From: Heterodontus francisci
Taxonomy: Eukaryota
Direction: 5' to 3'
Length of the DNA stretch: 64,000 nt
Assembly (NCBI RefSeq): GCF_036365525.1
Contig: NC_090402.1
Coordinates: 16,474,428 to 16,538,427 of the forward strand
The notes under the pieces were generated by a model, which was given only the letters and a program-made list of their open reading frames with translations, was not told the DNA's origin and did no database searches. The position numbers and the translations under genes are program-made. Shown here in pieces: positions 61,483 through 64,000 of the stretch; the first letter of the stretch is position 1; each line of letters begins with the position of its first letter.

Positions 61483-61830
61483 TTGGCTCAGTTGGTAGTA
61501 TTTTGGTCAGTGAAGGTTGAAGATTCAAAAATCTGAACATATAATCTGTGCTGACATCCAGTGCTGCTGTCCTTCAGAAGGGATGTTACATCAAGACTCT
61601 GTCTATGTGTTCAAATGAATTATCAAAAAATTCCATTGCCTTATTTCAAAACAGAGCAGTTGGTGTCCTGGCCAACATTCCTCCCTCAAAAGCATCACCA
61701 AGATCAAATTCGGTGCTGTATGTGGAATTTTGCTGTATGCAGACTCGCTGCTGCATTTACCTGCTTAGCAATAGTGACTGCACTTCAAAGTAATTCCTTG
61801 TATGTGGAGCAGTTCAGGATATTTCCAAGA
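61483..61830 (+). mobile_element. Deu-domain SINE, degenerate
   Basis: A-box-like TGGCTCAGTTGGT, then ggtgtcctggccaacattcctccctcaa and agtgactgcacttcaaagtaatt. Confidence 0.55.
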
Positions 61831-64000
61831 TCAAAATGAACAGATTGCACCTAAACACTCACCCGTCTTTTCCTCTTTCAGATGTTCAGCAAACTACTAT
61901 ATCTTAGTGCCCTTAAAATACATTTTTAAAAAATGGGTTTTTAAAGTAGCGGACAGACGAATGTCATATTAATCCATTAAGTGCACAAATACAGGAACAG
62001 GCACAGGGAGCTGAATTTTGTGATTGCAGCTGGATCTGACTGTCTGTCACCAATCTGATATTTGCAATCTATTACATCCTTATTGATTATTATTTTTACC
62101 GTTCAATGCTCACATTTCTGCATGGATGTTAACCATTCCAGTACACTAGTTGTGGGCTATCTCCCCGGTTATTGCATAACAAAGATAAAAAGAGAGAGAT
62201 CACCACCAAAAGTGTGCAAATGAGCTAAAAACAGGTTACAAAACAAAACTAACCACAATTGCCTACAAACAGGACAGTGATCTGCATTACACATTAAGCA
62301 GTAAAACCCAATATAGCAAATTCTTAATGTAATGTTTTAAAACATTACATGAAACTTATCACCACTCAAACTTACTTTCTTTATTTCTAAACTGTGGTAA
62401 TTCCACAAAGTGCAGAACTAGAAATGCTCAAGGAAAAAGCAACTGATGCATTCATAGCAGGAAACATTCCTCTCACAAAGATAAGAAAATAAACCTTCAC
62501 ATAAGCCAACAGCTGCTGGGTGCCTGACAGGCATAGCATATTGGGGCTGCATTGTGCCTGCGAGCAGGGTAGTCTGCTAGAATTTCTTGGCCCAAGCCAT
62601 TTGCATAATACTAATGCATTCCTGCCACAGTTCTACCTCCTGGCAGGGCCTTGCACTGGGATCAGAGGCAGCTTCTGGCCACTGGCATCAGGACCTAAAT
62701 ACCTGGAAGCTCAAGGATCACCAGGTTCGAGTGGGGGAAGGAATGGGGGAGGGAGGGGGAATATATTTCTAGTTTTCAGGTGAACCTCTGGTGCTATTGA
62801 TTTTCTAGGAACCTCACAGACCATGTGGTCTGCAGAGGGTTCTGACATGCCCTGCCGCTAGCTCTTTTGGGGCATTCCTCTACTTGGAAACTTCACAGGC
62901 AAAAAGTCAGAAGGGGGGAGAGCTGGGAATGCCCCCTCCCACCTTATCTATAATGCCATATGGGGCCTGCATCAATTCCAGGTGCAAGTCCAGTTCTGCC
63001 CATATTAGGGAGCCTTGGAAATCTTAGGGCAGCATAGTGAGGAAGGAGACTTGATGCAACTTGTTTCTGCCTCATTTCCTCATTCCCAAGCCTGAGAACT
63101 GAGCATTCCTCTAGGATAAAGAAGAGGAAAATCTACTGAAAGGATGTTTAAAAGGTGTAGCCTTACTTCTTGGGGACAAATATTAAAGAAACCTATAATT
63201 ACAACATTCAGTAGGCACTAACGCACCTTAAACCCTCTCTGCCTCAAGTTCTTGTGCACAGGAAGGACCTGTGTAATTGGTTCCGATTGCATCTAGTCAT
63301 ATCCTCTGATTGATCTAATTGGTTTCATCAACTTTGAGTCCTGCCCTACAAATGATGAGACCAGTTCTGGTAGATCCCAATCTAAATGGTCGATTCTGAC
63401 AACCTCCAATTTCATTGAAAAGCCTGATTTTTCTTGCAAAATGCTAACAAGCTGACACATGGAATGAAATGCTAACTGTCAGCTTGAAGTGTGACAACTA
63501 GCGTGTATGTACCACTAATATAATTCTGCACTGATCCAGCTGCATTTTCACTGTGCTTAAAAGGGGTCATTATCATAAAATGTAAAATCAGACTTCCTCA
63601 CACCTTTTATCAACGTTCATGCTTGTAACACCATTTTACTGCAACTGCCTGTTGCTAGTTAGTTCTCCAATTACAGAATTTATAAAGTACACACTAGCAA
63701 CAGCATAGACATTTAATTTTTGGTGTCAACTTTCTTTGGAGATAACAAATCTATTTATCTGTATTTTGACAACTTCCTTGAAAAGAAAGCTCTTTAAATA
63801 TATCTTTGCACGGTTGTGCCAAAATCATATATTTACTATGATGGTCAGATGAGTTACAACCAATCAGTCTGCAGCGTTTCTGTGATCTTGCAGGATAAAC
63901 TGAATCTGGTAGGAGATAAACAAGTGCCTGCCAATTCTACACTTAATTTGGAACCAATCCCATTTAATTTTCACTCCAAATTTTTTTGTTCCTTTATAAT

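Noticed and set aside
61483-61535. tRNA gene
   Set aside because: Only an A-box-like head with a decayed B box and no cloverleaf; it continues into a SINE body.

Overview
Eukaryotic, repeat-rich genomic DNA. The repeat repertoire (CR1, L2, Deu-domain SINE, Penelope, Tx1, RTE, SCAN-type Gypsy) points to a cartilaginous fish, probably a shark; this is inference. The window lies inside one host gene on the + strand, CFAP77 (C9orf171, a ciliary microtubule inner protein). Three phase-compatible internal coding exons are visible (2279-2378, 8214-8433, 30725-30827); the first exon and the C-terminal exons were not found. The introns hold a long 5'-truncated CR1 LINE, many CR1/L2 fragments, Tx1 and RTE insertions with TSDs, a nested and deleted Gypsy LTR element, and a deleted hAT element with an 8-bp TSD. 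There is also a decayed PIF/Harbinger Myb/SANT gene plus about ten Harbinger-type MITEs with GGGCTGRATTTT ends and 3-bp TSDs, and three Penelope-like terminal fragments carrying minimal hammerhead-ribozyme motifs. I did not find evidence for a wholly new biological system. The best leads are the intronic sense-strand hammerhead motifs, the Harbinger Myb/MITE family with apparent target preference, a MITE end at the Gypsy deletion breakpoint, and an inverted CR1 pair sharing a premature stop. Most short ORFs in the supplied track are TE-derived or spurious. Family assignments come from motif recognition, not database searches.
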